A stretch of 64,000 bases of DNA from Camelus dromedarius (lineage: Eukaryota). Where the stretch lies: contig NC_087438.1 of NCBI RefSeq assembly GCF_036321535.1, forward strand, positions 12,960,001-13,024,000. Direction: 5' to 3'. The notes under the pieces are model-generated. The model searched no databases, was not told the origin of the DNA, and worked only from the letters and a program-made list of their open reading frames with translations. Both the position numbers and the translations under genes were made by a program. This document shows positions 52,001 through 64,000 of the stretch, in pieces (position 1 is the first letter of the stretch; every line of letters begins with the position of its first letter).

Positions 52001-54167
52001 TGAGCATTGCTGTTTAGACACCTGGGTTATAGTTCCTGCTCTACAGCCAACTAGCTGAGTGACATTGATCCAAGCCCCCTTGGGACCTCAGTGCCTTCAT
52101 CTCTAACATTAAAGATTTGTACTAAATTATCTCTAAGATCCTTAAATTTTTAATGGTTTTAATTATCAACTTCATTCATTTTTTAACTTCCCCTCTTTTG
52201 TCTGCCTTGGGGATGTTGACACCTCCATTTCTGTGTAAATATCCTGTAGGATAATAAATAAAACTCAAATTTATAATTTTTGCTGCTCAGGGAGCTATGG
52301 TAAATAGCACTGAGTGTGGAGAATATTGAAATTAATGAGTAAAGTAGACTTTGCATTATCTGTGGATTTCATTTATTAAAGCTAATTCCTGCTTGTAATG
52401 CCAGATCTTGACTGTAAAGTTACTGTACTATATTAGATACATGTAATTGCTCAGTTTATGATGAATGCCTTACCGTAAAACTAAATTAGCAATATGAGGA
52501 TTGAGGTCTTTGTTTGTGATTTAGGCATTTATGAAAAAAACAATAAAACCTTTATCTCACCTCTCCATATAGGTGCTGCCTTTGTATTTTGCTTTGTGTA
52601 CTTATGTTAGCAATTACCATATTACATGACAGTTGTCCAATTTCCTCTTATCTCCCTTGACTAGATTGAAATCCTCAATGGTAGGAACTATGTCTTATAA
52701 ATCTTTGTTTCCTCAATGTCTAGGGGAGTGTCTAGTTGAAACTGGGAGCTTAAGACATGTTTTTTGAATGGGTGAATGAAAATCCACTTCATAAAATAAT
52801 TCAATTACACAATCCTAGTCTTATTTCAAATATACAGTGAAAATACACATGCATGTCAGCTTGATTTTTTATGGTCTGTTCCATCAACAGAATACTCAAG
52901 TGGAACGTTATTATTATTGTTGGTGGTGGTGGTGGTTAATCTGTAGCAGTGGAGAATACGACTATTAGTTCAAATTTGTTCTTCTGTTTTGATTTGTGGT
53001 TAAGGGACCAGAAGTTTTACCCACCATTGTTTCTGTATCATCAGAGCAATGCCAATTCAATGAAATAGGGAAATAACACATCGATACTGCTATGAGAATA
53101 GTTCTGACTTTGGAGACCCCATGGATGCATCTTGAGAAGCTTCAGGGGTTGAGAGCTGCTTGTCAAGTCATTAATCAAAGGTCACATGCATAGTAAAAGC
53201 GGTACTTAAGAATATAAACTTGGCTTTATATGCCAGCCCTGTGTCTTAATTACTGTGTGGACGTAGGCAAATTTCTCCAAGATTCAAATTCTAATTTGCC
53301 AAATGAGAATGAGTGTTAAATCTATGTGTAGTGAATGTATGTCATATATTTGGCTCCAGAAATCTTTTTATTAACTGAGATATGATTGACATAAACATTG
53401 TATTAGTTTAGGGGTACAACACAATGATCTGATATCTGAAGGCTAGAGGTGTCCACAATCATACAGGTTGCCTGATAGACAGTGTGCGCCAGATTCCTTG
53501 CTGATGAGTCTGGGACGTGGGGGCATCCAGGTAGTCCTCATTCTGGAACTCCCTGGCCAGTATGAAGAAACTCCAGGATCCCTGGAGATCAGGCTTCCTC
53601 TAGGAAGAGCAGGTGGGGCTGCAGCTCCTGGGACCTGACTGTGTCATTCTCTGAGTTCAGCATATCCCAGCCCATCCTCTCCCTGCCCTTCCATCAGGAC
53701 CTGCACTAACTCCCCCCACACACCCAAGGTTTCACATAGTGCACCCTGCGGGCTCCAACTGTCCCCTGTTTGCCTTCCTGGGAAATCCCACACACCACCT
53801 ACCTGAATCAGGTACGAGCTCTGTTCCCTAAGGTTAAAGGGGAAAGAAAGGGAAAGAAAGAAAGAAAACAAAAACTGAGAGCTTGACTTCTTATTGTGAT
53901 GAAGAAACAGAAGTCTCCTTGGGGAACACAGAATGCCTTTCTATAGTAGCTGGAAATGCTAGATTTTTTTTCCCCACTTACTCAGTCTCCCTTTCAACTA
54001 GACCAGTGGCATCTAATGTATACATTTCTGATCAGTTTACCTGTTCCAGATTTCAACTGTGCAGATAGTGATGGGGGAAAGGAATTGGAAGCCTCACTCT
54101 GGGACAGGAGACGTAGTGCTGGGATAAGGCTGCAAGGTAGAGTTCCCGACACAGAGGTGAAGGACTT

Positions 54168-54530
54168 GGCTCTTGTAAATAGTGCTGTTGTGAACACTGG
54201 GGTGTGTGGGTCTCTTCCAATTAGAGTTTCCTCCGGATATATGTCCAGGAGTGGGATTGCTGGATCATATGATGAACCTAGTTTTAGTTTTTTAAGGAAA
54301 CTCTATGCTGCTTTCCATATTGGCTGCCCCAAACTACATTCCCACCAAGAGTGTAAGAGGGTTCCCTTTTCTCCACATCGTCTATACTAAAAAAAAAATA
54401 TGAAAAGGAATATAAATATACATGTATATGTAAATACATATAAAACTGAAGAACTATGCTGTACACTAGAAACTAACATTGTAAATTGACTAATTTTAAA
54501 AACTAAAAGTGGAATTAACAGAAAAAAAGG
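54168..54530 (+). mobile_element. Lineage L1 with 5' inversion and junction deletion
   Basis: 54168-54383 is antisense ORF2 end ('ttgtaaatagtgctg..gaacactgggg..caggagtgggattgctggatcatatg'). 54384 onward is the sense tail. TSD GAAGGACTT at 54159-54167 and 54531-54539. Confidence 0.85.
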
Positions 54531-56530
54531 GAAGGACTTTTATGTTGATGTGGGTAGAAGTTGCAAATATACTGAAGTTGCTGATGTAAAATTGTATAAC
54601 TGCAGCTTCTAATGCTCGACTACATCAGTTCTTTCTTCATCAGTGAGCTCTGCTCATAATTTAGGGAATTATTCTTGGAAGTTCAGGCCTTGAGTCTGCT
54701 CTCCAGCTCTCCCAGCAATTCAGAAAGCTACTGGGTGTCCTTAAACAGTGTCTGCATCTGCTGCTTGTAATCACATCCTGGGGAGTAAGACATCTGACAG
54801 TTGTGAACTTAAATGAGATAAACTGTGGAAGAAATCCGGGAGAATTTCTGATTCGTAGATAAATGAACAAATCCATGTTGGGGACCTAAAGCTGGGCCTC
54901 TTTATTCCTTTGCTGCCCTTTATTTTTTCCAACACGCCATACTGCTCCTATCAGGACAAATGGCAAAGTGGGTAAAGAATGATGAATCCTTATTCTGTTT
55001 GTATCTAGTTGTCTACTATACAGAATAATCTCAAACCACAGGCATCCATTTAGCAGTACGTGGACCTTTATAACTTAAATTCTCTAGAATAGGGAGAAGA
55101 CTAGATGTTAAATATTACAGTAAGTCCTGGTGACAATGACTAATGGCTCAAAGGAAAGAGCATAATTCTTTGTTCACTGGCAAGAAGATAAGTTCTTTCT
55201 CTTTCTCTCTCTCTTTTTGGAAAATGGATATAAATAAAAGGCTAGCCGTTTCTACTATAAAAGCAAAGAAATGCAGGCTATAGAGCACAGAAAAGAGAAA
55301 TATGGCCAAAAATGAAAACAGATGAAAGAAATGATTAAGGAGGAAAAAACAGAAAAGCGCCAAAAAATGGAAAAATGTTATTTATCTGCTCTTAGTCCAC
55401 GAATGTATATTTGGATCCTCCAGGAGTGCTGGCCCTTGCCAGTGGGCACGTCTAGTTTCCCATGTGTAGGAGGTCCTTGAATTCTGTACTTTTGACCTTC
55501 AAACAGCCTGAATATTAGGATAATGAACATTGACTCTCAAAATGTATTCAGTACGCCTACTTAGACTACTTTGATCCGTCCTCTGTGGACCTGCTCTAAC
55601 AGTTAACAGTTCCACATGGAAGTTCTGCCATCTTGGAATAGTGAGGTTTCTGTAAGCCTATATTTCAATATTTCTTTGCAGATCATTTCTTACTGGTTTC
55701 TTTGTAGCCTCGTGATTCTGCAAAGTCCCTCAAAGACATCCAAGGGGGCCACGGAGAGAAGATGACAGAGGTTCCATTTATGTCCATAGTATATGTTGTC
55801 TCTCCAGATCATGTTTGGATTGAAGAATGCGTTCTACTAAAAGGTTGGAATAGTGTCTTATCATATTCTCTTCATTATTTTATGAAAATCAAGGAGTGAC
55901 AAAACAGCAAAAATTAAAAAAGTGACCCACAAATTGATGTCCACTGAGAAAATCTGGGAATCACTGAAACTGAAAAAAAAAAACAAAAACCAAGGAGATT
56001 TTATTCTCAGCAAAATGATCAATAGATATAAACTGTTGAATGGTTTTTAACTGTCAAGGAAATATCTCAAATTAAAGAATGTGTTCAAATACTGGGAATG
56101 TTTTGGCAATATTGAGCATTAAATTTCAAGTGTGATTAGAGCCTTACTGGTATTTTTTAACCTCCTTGAGAACATAAATTATTTCCATAACTTGTGAGTC
56201 TTTTTGGACTTTTGGACTTTGAAATTAGTTTGTGTTTCCAGAAAGAAGCCATGTAAGAAAACGGACAACACACACTGCTGATTTCTCCCTCTTTGGTGTG
56301 TACCACTGAATACACCCTATAGTCTACTGTTCTGAGACGCTGTGGCATTATCTTATTCATTTTTATATTCCATTTAAAATCTAATGAGTGCTTAGACCAT
56401 GGATAGCATTCAACAAATGTTCTTACAGTGACATACATTTAAAGGTAAGACAGATCATGAAAGGATCACATACTAAATAAACATTCTAATAATGAAGTTG
56501 TCCCCAAAGAAGCATTAACCAAAAATTCTA

Positions 56531-56679
56531 TTCTGTTCATTTAAAAAAAAATTTGAGTGGGGGAGGTAGTTAGGTTTATTTACTTATTTATGTATATTTT
56601 AATGGAGGTACAAGGTATTGAACTCAGGACCTCCTGCATAGTAAGCATGTGCTCTACCACTGAGCTATACCCTCCCCCC
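56531..56679 (-). mobile_element. tRNA-derived SINE, Vic-1-like (Camelidae)
   Basis: Minus strand reads GGGGGGAGGGTATAGCTCAGTGGTAGAG...GGTCCTGAGTTCAATACC. 13-bp TSD ACCAAAAAYTCTA at 56518-56530 and 56680-56692. Confidence 0.9.
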
Positions 56680-58989
56680 ACCAAAAACTCTAAATATGTG
56701 AAGTCACTGTGCTAAGACCTTTGACCTTTGGTGGCTGGAATAGATGTTAGTGGGGAAAAGTGAACAATTGGGAAGCAAGAGGTTTGGTTTGGGAATACAG
56801 ATTTTGAATTTAGGTAGGATTGAGTGCAAATCCTCCTTGTTATCTCTTAAACTTTGGACAATTTCCATAAAATTGCTAAATCTCTCTTTTTCAAATTGTA
56901 AAATGTGAATAATGAGATGTGTCTATATCAGAGACTGATATATTTCCTTTTTAAAAGAGCTGATTTAAAATTTAGGTATTTGTGCTCCTAAATTATTCCA
57001 TAATTTAATTTCATGATTACATTATAATTAAATTTATTAAATTAACTTAAAAGTGTACATAAATTTGATAACAAAAGTAGTGGAGGGAAATATCAACTAA
57101 AAAGTAAAAGTCTCCTTTGCTTTGCTCAAACCCAGCCCCAAAACCCAATCTTTGAGGTGTTCCAATTTTAAACATTTCTGTCATATTTTTTTCCTAGTGG
57201 TTCTCTTCCTAAGCGTAAATTTTATGCTTATGTCTCTATTTCATGATTTATCAAGTTTCAACAATAACTATGAACTCACCTATGAAATATGAGGACTCTG
57301 GTTCACATAAACTGACTTCTGCCTCATCCTTCACTCTCTGTTAGTTCGCATGTTTACTTTTAGTTATTCTCTTGGTTATATTTATTGATCTACTTATGTA
57401 CTTGATTCTTTATTTTCTTTATTCATCAACATTAGACTTTATGTCCTGACTCGCCCCCATGTTAGATGAAGTATTCCTGTGTCATCTCCTTTTCTCCTTC
57501 TTCAGACTCCTAAGTCCCATACCATTATTTTTATACTGCCAAGCTTTAAAATACTCTTTTCTACAACTATAGCCTGCTATGGTTGTCAATTTATAGATTA
57601 AGCACGGAAGACGGATGCAGGTTGGACACATTGTACTTCTTATAGTATAGAAACTTCCATTTTGTAACATGCTTTGTTCTTCATTAGATAATGAGTTTAT
57701 TGAGATCAGAAATCATCTACACTTATTTCAGTGAATATCCTCACTATCTGGCACAGTTACTGGTTTGTGCAAAGCACTGAAAGAGTTGACTGGGATGGCA
57801 GTCAGTATCGACAAGGTGAGCAGTAGGGCATAAGGCCCTGATCGGCGGATGACTTAGTACTTTAATCCCAGATGCATTGGCAAAAATAAAGCTGGGAACT
57901 GGCCTTTAGAGAACTGGGTTATTCAGTGGCTTGTTGAGTCAGAGAAATGTTAACAGGCAATAAAGCAGAGCAAGTGACTGGAACGCGTGTGGTAGATGGT
58001 TCAAAGGGGAAGTTTACTTCCAAGGCAAGGGAGAGAGAGGACAGCACCCAGCGTTGGATGCCAGGTGGGAACAGACACAGTAGCAGTGCAGGCAGATGCT
58101 GGTCTCCAGTCCAGCTGAACCACTACTCTCATTCTGCTGCTCATCTGCGGGAGTGACCGGAAGCTTAGGAAAGGCAAGCTGTTGATGAGAAAGTGATGCT
58201 TTCTTCTCTTTCAGATAGAAAACTGTTCTATTTTAGTGCTGATGCTTTCCCGCAACCTGCATAAATAGCAAGATCTCATTTAAAATATTACTTTAATATA
58301 AAAATTGTTGCAGTGCTAAATGAGCATAATTATGTGAAGTTTTAATTTTATTTTAAGAGGTTCCTACTCTTTCTCTAAAACTTCAGTAAATTCCCACATA
58401 GATAAAAGTAATAATAGATTGAGAATTATTTCAATTCCATTTTTATTGTCTTTCATTGGGAAATGAGAAAAATTATCTTTCTACTACTCATTGTTGTATA
58501 CCTGTTGTCAATATATTATGAATGTCACAATATTGTGATGTAAGTTACACGTTTGTCTTTATAAAGTGTTAGAAAATGTATTAAAACTCAGTATTTTCTT
58601 AGACAAAATAAACTTTAAAAACATGAATATCAGTATGTGTCTATGACAATATATAAATAAAACAATTTTTCTCCAAATAACAGTTATCAAGAGATATTGA
58701 ATATACCTTTTTGTGAGTGTCTTGTATACAACAAATTAAGCTTATAAGATCGTATACTTCATCACAAGTTTGAAAACAGGACTTCTTTATATCAGCTACT
58801 TACATACCCTGATATCAAAGTCCTCTGTTCCTGCCTGATCTTGCTCTACTCAACTGGAAGACCAAAATCTGAAGACTCAGAATTTTCTGTTTTCATTTAA
58901 TTATTTCCTCATATGTTTGATTGAAAAATAATTTATTACATGCTGGCTAGATCACCAGGATTTGGTTCCTCTTATTCTGTTTTTTAACA

Positions 58990-59380
58990 TCTGCTTTCTT
59001 CTCCAAGTATTGGCATCCCAAATCCCCCAGTTCACATATTTTAAGTTTGGCAAACCCAGACAGAAAAAAAATAAATGCAGCTCTCTGAAGGATTTCAACA
59101 TGTTTGGGCATCGTGTCTCACTGGCTGGCTTAGCTCATGGGCCTGCCCCTCAGTCCAGTGCTGGGACAGTGCAGTAGCATATGGCCAAGAGGCCTGTAGG
59201 AGAGAATATACGATCGCCCACTCTAGGGTCACAGGTCCAGATTGGTGTCCAGAAGGTAGGCTTGACCATGTCTAAAGCACTTGCGTTCAGTACAGGGAAA
59301 GTTGTTCCTTCAAGGAAAGTCAAGATGCTGCTACCAGAAGGAAGTGAATGGATCTTGGACCATGTCCCAAACTCACAGAC
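58990..59380 (-). mobile_element. Old MaLR LTR (MLT1K/L-like)
   Basis: 'tctcactggctggcttagctcatgggcctgcccct' and 'gatgctgctaccagaaggaagtgaatggat'. Confidence 0.55.
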
Positions 59381-59764
59381 GTCCGCTGCACTGCATATGT
59401 ACCCTGGAGTTAGAATTTGGCTCTCAACCCTTTATTAATACAAGCTTTAATAATACAGAATCGATGGTAATACAGACATATTCTCTACGAAAGAACACAT
59501 ATAAATAGCATAAAAATAATTTCAGATGAAAGCATATATTAGTCAAATATTTATATTATTTTAAACATTTTCAAAGCAGGTGATAAAATTGATTAGCCAA
59601 TCACAAATAAATCTATTCATCAATCTTATTTATTCATCAAACCATATAAACTTAAACCCCCTTTACTAGGCAATACTTTTTACCTGAAATAAGTTGTGCT
59701 TAATATATGAAGATTTTTCAGATATAAAATTTGAAAGCTAATAAAATTCATTAAGTAGTTTCTG

Positions 59765-60015
59765 TGATTTGGACTATTGGTTAAAGACACAGACTACATC
59801 CAAATCCAGACTTTATCACTTGCCAGCTGTGTGACCTTGAGGAAGTTACTTAACCTCTCTGTTCTTTACTTCCCTAACTTGTGAAATGAGGCTAATTTAT
59901 AACTGCTCCTGCCTCATAAAAATATTGTGAGAATTAGTAAAAAGTAATATATTTAAAGTGCTTAAAATGGTATCTAGGACCTAGCAAATGCTAGATCAGT
60001 TTTAGACTTATAATT
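59765..60015 (+). mobile_element. Near full-length MIR
   Basis: 'caaatccagactttatcacttgccagctgtgtgaccttgaggaagttacttaacctctctg...aaagtgcttaaaatggtatctagg'. Confidence 0.85.
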
Positions 60016-61633
60016 ACTGTTTTGATAGAAATATATACTGAGCACATTTTCATTCTTGGGCTCCATAAGCTTTATAAATATTTTGATAAAAATTCTAGGA
60101 AATTTACATCTTCTTTTCATCAATTATTTAGCAAAGTAAAGCAATTTTCCAGAATTCAGGCATCTTTTAAGTGGCAAAGCCAGAATTAAAAGCCAATATT
60201 CTCTAACGCCAAAGTTTGTGGTCATACCAATTATAATATTCTGCCTTTGAAGTAAGTAATATAGCGTGACAATCTCTATCAAGTCCCCTGGGATACAAAG
60301 ATATATTCCAGCCCTCTTAGTATTACATTCCCAATCTAAGTTTTCACAGAATTTTTTTTTCTGAAACAGTAAAAATAATTCCAAAATTAAAAAGTGATAT
60401 CTGAAAAATATCATACACAAAATCTAAAACCTGTGTGTGTGATAAAGCATCATACCGTTAAAAGCACATTGAAATGTTATACCGGTGTTCACCTCTAGGT
60501 GGTGGAGGCATTTCTTCTTTGTAAATGTGTTTTTCCAATCCTAAGAGGAAGAAACAGATAATTGAAAGAGAATCGAGTGGGAGGAGAGCAAGGCCATGGA
60601 GGTGTGGGACCAGCCCTAGTGCTGGAATGCTGATGCGTGGAGCCATGGTGAGCTTTCCCCCCGCGAGTCTAATTCCCTAAGAATTATCCAGAGTCAAGGA
60701 TATGAGTCAGATTCTTAGGGTCCCAACACATCATGTTAGAAAAGAAAAACTTTGCTTATTTAATGTAAAAGCATCCTCTGTTGTCATTGTTTGAAGCTTT
60801 CTCCTTTCAGAGCTTCCAAATCCTCCCCTGGGTAGTTGAGGTGCTAGCTCATATACAGGAAATGTTTTAAATGAAAGAGTGCTGTGAATTTCTGTCGCCA
60901 GGATATGTAAATCACACACACGCTCTCTCACACACACACATACTCAGTGGTGGGGTGGAGAGTGGACAGCTTGGCAGATCAGAACAGCTTGTATGGGGGT
61001 GGCCTCACATTTCAAGTCAAGGCTGCTCAAGTGGGGAAGATGACAAATGGGGAAAACAGATTGTGAAATCTAAGCTCAAGGGAGAAGAATTTTTCAGTAA
61101 GGGAATAAAATCAAATATCCAGCTTATGGTTTCCGGCTTGGAAAGAACATTAAAGATGATCTCTTCCAATATTTTCATTTCAAAAATTAGAGAATAGGAT
61201 AAAGTTAAGTGACCTCTTCAAGGTCACACTGAAAAGAAAGAACTAAACTTTAGGTTTGTAGCACTAAGTCTCCCCTCTACTAACGCATTTGGCCCCACTG
61301 AGTTTAAATGTGAAACAAACGCAATTCTGTTGGAGAGTGATGCGTATTTAGTTCAGTAGTTGGGATTAGATAGAAGAATTTTCCCATAAAACATTTCTGT
61401 AATAAAAGAGAGAATACGTAAATTCTTAGATTCTTATCAGAAAGAATATAGCTTTCTAAAATGATGATGTCTATCATTATTTGTACTTTTGTCTGTCCTG
61501 GTGGCAGCCAAATGTGAGTCAGTGTTGCTTTCTTATAAAGTAAGCAATTCTAAAATCAAGAATATTTTGTCTAATTTAGAATAGAATTCAAGAATCCTCC
61601 AGTTGAGCAAAAGAGATATTTCTCTCTTTCCAG

Positions 61634-61875
61634 TGTAGATACACTACAATGTTAGTAAATGCTAGTAGCACTGGTGGATATGGTACTGTTCGTAGATGTT
61701 GCAGTGTTAGTAGACACTGTGGTGTCAGCAGATAGCATTGTGTTAGATACTGTAGTGTTGGTAGATATCACAGTGGTGGTAATTACGGTAATCTTGGTAG
61801 ATACAGTGTTGTTAATAGGTATGGTAGGTACAGTATTGTCAGCAGATAGACCAGTGTCGGTAGAAATGGTAGCAT
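61634..61875. repeat. Degenerate ~18-bp minisatellite (consensus ~GTAGATACTGTAGTGTTG)
   Basis: About 13 diverged units, each with a GTAGAT-like anchor. It gives a 6-residue period (VDTVVL) in ORF 61659-61931. Confidence 0.8.
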
Positions 61876-62276
61876 TTATAATACCACAGTGTTGTCTAGC
61901 CTCCTTACTTCCTGGTATGTGTATATCTTGAGAGCAGACCCCAATACAATCTCCCTCTCAAAGTCTGTTTCCAGTGATGCCATTCTAAGGCCACTGATCC
62001 TAGGAATGGTTCTAAGAAGTTGACGATAAAGTGGGATTTTACTGATGCAACACCTACATTACTGACAGCAGACTGAAAATGAATAATTGCATGACATGCT
62101 GTAATTACGCAATTGTTAAAATGTTCACCCATAGAGAACTGGGGTAGGGTACTGTCAAAGGGGATGCTTTAGCTTGTGTACTATCTCTGGTCCTGGAGAA
62201 GAAGGAGGGAAACTGTAACTATAAGACTCTGGAATAGGGTACCTGTTTTGGGGGTCACTGATTCCTTGAAAAGAGA

Positions 62277-62831
62277 CATGGTAGGCAGAATTTCTAAAAT
62301 GGTCCCCCAGACATGTACAAGAACCTATGGATATGAACAGATACCACTCTCATCATTATGCCATATTATACTGCACAGCTGACTCTAAGACGGAGGGTCA
62401 TCTGACAATTCAGATGATACAATTACATGAGCCCTTAAAAGCAGCTTCTGATGGTAAAAGAAGTCATGGAGATTTGAGACTGGATAGGACTCGATGTGCC
62501 ATTGCCCGCTTGGAAGATGGACAGGACCATGAGAAAAGGAGGGGAGGCAGTCTTACAGAGCTAAGAGTCTCCTAGCTGATGGCCAGGAAGGAAATAAGAA
62601 TGTTAATCCTACAATCACAAGGAGCTGAAATTTGCCAAAAGTTTGCATGAGCTTTGAAAACAGATTTTTATTCCCCTAGAGCCTGTAGGTATGAGACTAG
62701 CCCAGCTCACATAGTGATTTTGTCACTGTGAGGCCCTAAGACCACTGGACACTGGACCTACAGAGCTGGCTGTTGTCTTAAGTTGCAAAGTTTGTGATAA
62801 TTTGCTCCAGGAGTGACAGGAAACTAATGCA
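62277..62831 (+). mobile_element. MaLR solo LTR (MLT1E-like)
   Basis: Starts '..tggtaggcagaatttctaaaatggtcccc' and ends 'aagtttgtgataatttg..ggaaactaatgca'. 5-bp TSD AGAGA at 62272-62276 and 62832-62836. Confidence 0.88.
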
Positions 62832-64000
62832 AGAGATAGCAAGAGGATCACGGTGTTTAACCATCAATTTACTTTAGGTAAATGTGCCCGCTTTCTCCGT
62901 ATTTTTCATAACCAGTGAATCAGACACACAAACTCACAGATTCCTGTGTCTGTAACTCAAGAGTTATTTTCTCCATTTGTTATTACAGATAATTTTTCAA
63001 GCAGAAAATTTCCATAAATGTTAAATTCTACTCCTTCTGTAGCTCCCCTCCCCACCCACAGCTAGACTGGATCAATAAGTATACTGTGAATTGGACCCAA
63101 GTGAAATTTTCCTGCATCAAGATTTCAGATTTTTAGCTCAAAATTCCATCTCTCTGTCTCTTTTCCAGAATGTACTGTGCTTCTTGGTAGGTATTACAGT
63201 GCAAAATAGGAACATTGTTCCCTAGAGTTGCTGGATGTGTGTTCTATTGCTTTCATAAACTTGACAGAGATAACCATACCTACAGAATGATAAAATTCTG
63301 CTTTTAAGTTATTTGAGCATCAGGGGCATATTCTGATATGTGTCCAGGGTCTGTTTGGTGTAGCTAACTCCTTAAGCGTTCCAGAGACAGATGTCTGAAG
63401 ATCATTTCCAAGCCCTGTCACATAGCCTGCATCTTAATGACACATTTGAATGAGGAGCCATATGTAAATTCTGCACCAGTTAAAGGACTATGACTTGAAA
63501 TGAAAGTGAATAAATGGTCTAACACAGCAGAAAGAATTAAGATTTCATTATGAAGTCAGTTAAACCCTATATATAGGAGGAAGTCTATTTTTCTTTCTGT
63601 TTTCAAGGAATCAGACTATCTTTAAAAAAACTTTACTGTATGTGAAGTGTATCAGTTAGACATTTCTAGCCCTTCTATGACTTTTTTCTTTGGCTTATTT
63701 GTTTCATACATTAAAAAAAATCCTTTGTGGCCTGTGCTTTAGAATTCACTGGTCATACTCAGGCCAATCAATGCCTTTTGCTGTGATAGCGTTGCTCCTG
63801 ATCCTCACAATATGCAGGGCCACTCTCTGTTAGAGCAGTGTTTGACGAGTTAAAAATAAGTGTTCAGAATTAAATGCAAAAGCGTTACTTCTAATCATAC
63901 GCAAATTGCTACTGGAGTGTCAGAGATGACTTCTTACCAATATCAGGGAATTCTAGCTAAGGTTATTAAAAGAAGATCTACCATGATTTTTTTTTTAAAC

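Noticed and set aside
53956..54390. 144-aa ORF
   Set aside because: Its second half reads through the inverted (antisense) L1 arm, so it is a chance fusion.
55668..55780. Tandem splice-acceptor-like sites (TTTCTTTGCAG, TTTCTTTGTAG)
   Set aside because: No good donor follows and there is no meaningful ORF.
60488..60510. CTCF-like site CCTCTAGGTGGTGG (also CCACCAGGGGCC near 49567)
   Set aside because: Mismatches at core positions; cannot be told from chance without ChIP data.
650..61525. Scattered AP-1 TGAGTCA sites
   Set aside because: About the number expected by chance for a 7-mer on two strands in 64 kb.
61634..61875. CRISPR-like array
   Set aside because: Units are adjacent and degenerate with no unique spacers, in a mammalian context.

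Overview
Mammalian, repeat-rich, AT-rich, CpG-depleted DNA (intergenic or deep intronic). No credible host protein-coding exon, rRNA, true tRNA gene or CRISPR array was found. Two tRNA-derived SINEs resemble the camelid Vic-1 family, which suggests a Camelidae genome. Most of the window is a layered transposon record: old L2/MIR, hAT fossils (MER3/MER5/MER91/MER94-like), MaLR and ERVL LTRs, a decayed ERVL provirus (gag-pro-pol) with nested insertions, an ERV1-like element, old L1M fragments and younger lineage L1s, two of them with twin-priming 5' inversions. The only recognisable ORFs are L1 ORF2 and ERVL pro/pol remnants. The most interesting observations are: (1) an exact 34-bp templated copy placed 1.65 kb away inside a (TA)n tract; (2) a TSD-bounded 1276-bp chimeric LTR-env-PPT-LTR unit; (3) an 18-bp degenerate minisatellite open on both strands and bracketed by good splice sites; (4) a CpG-rich patch inside ancient repeats; (5) repeat-free candidate enhancers with RFX X-boxes. 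I see no convincing new biological system. Repeat family names come from remembered consensus similarity, not a database search.
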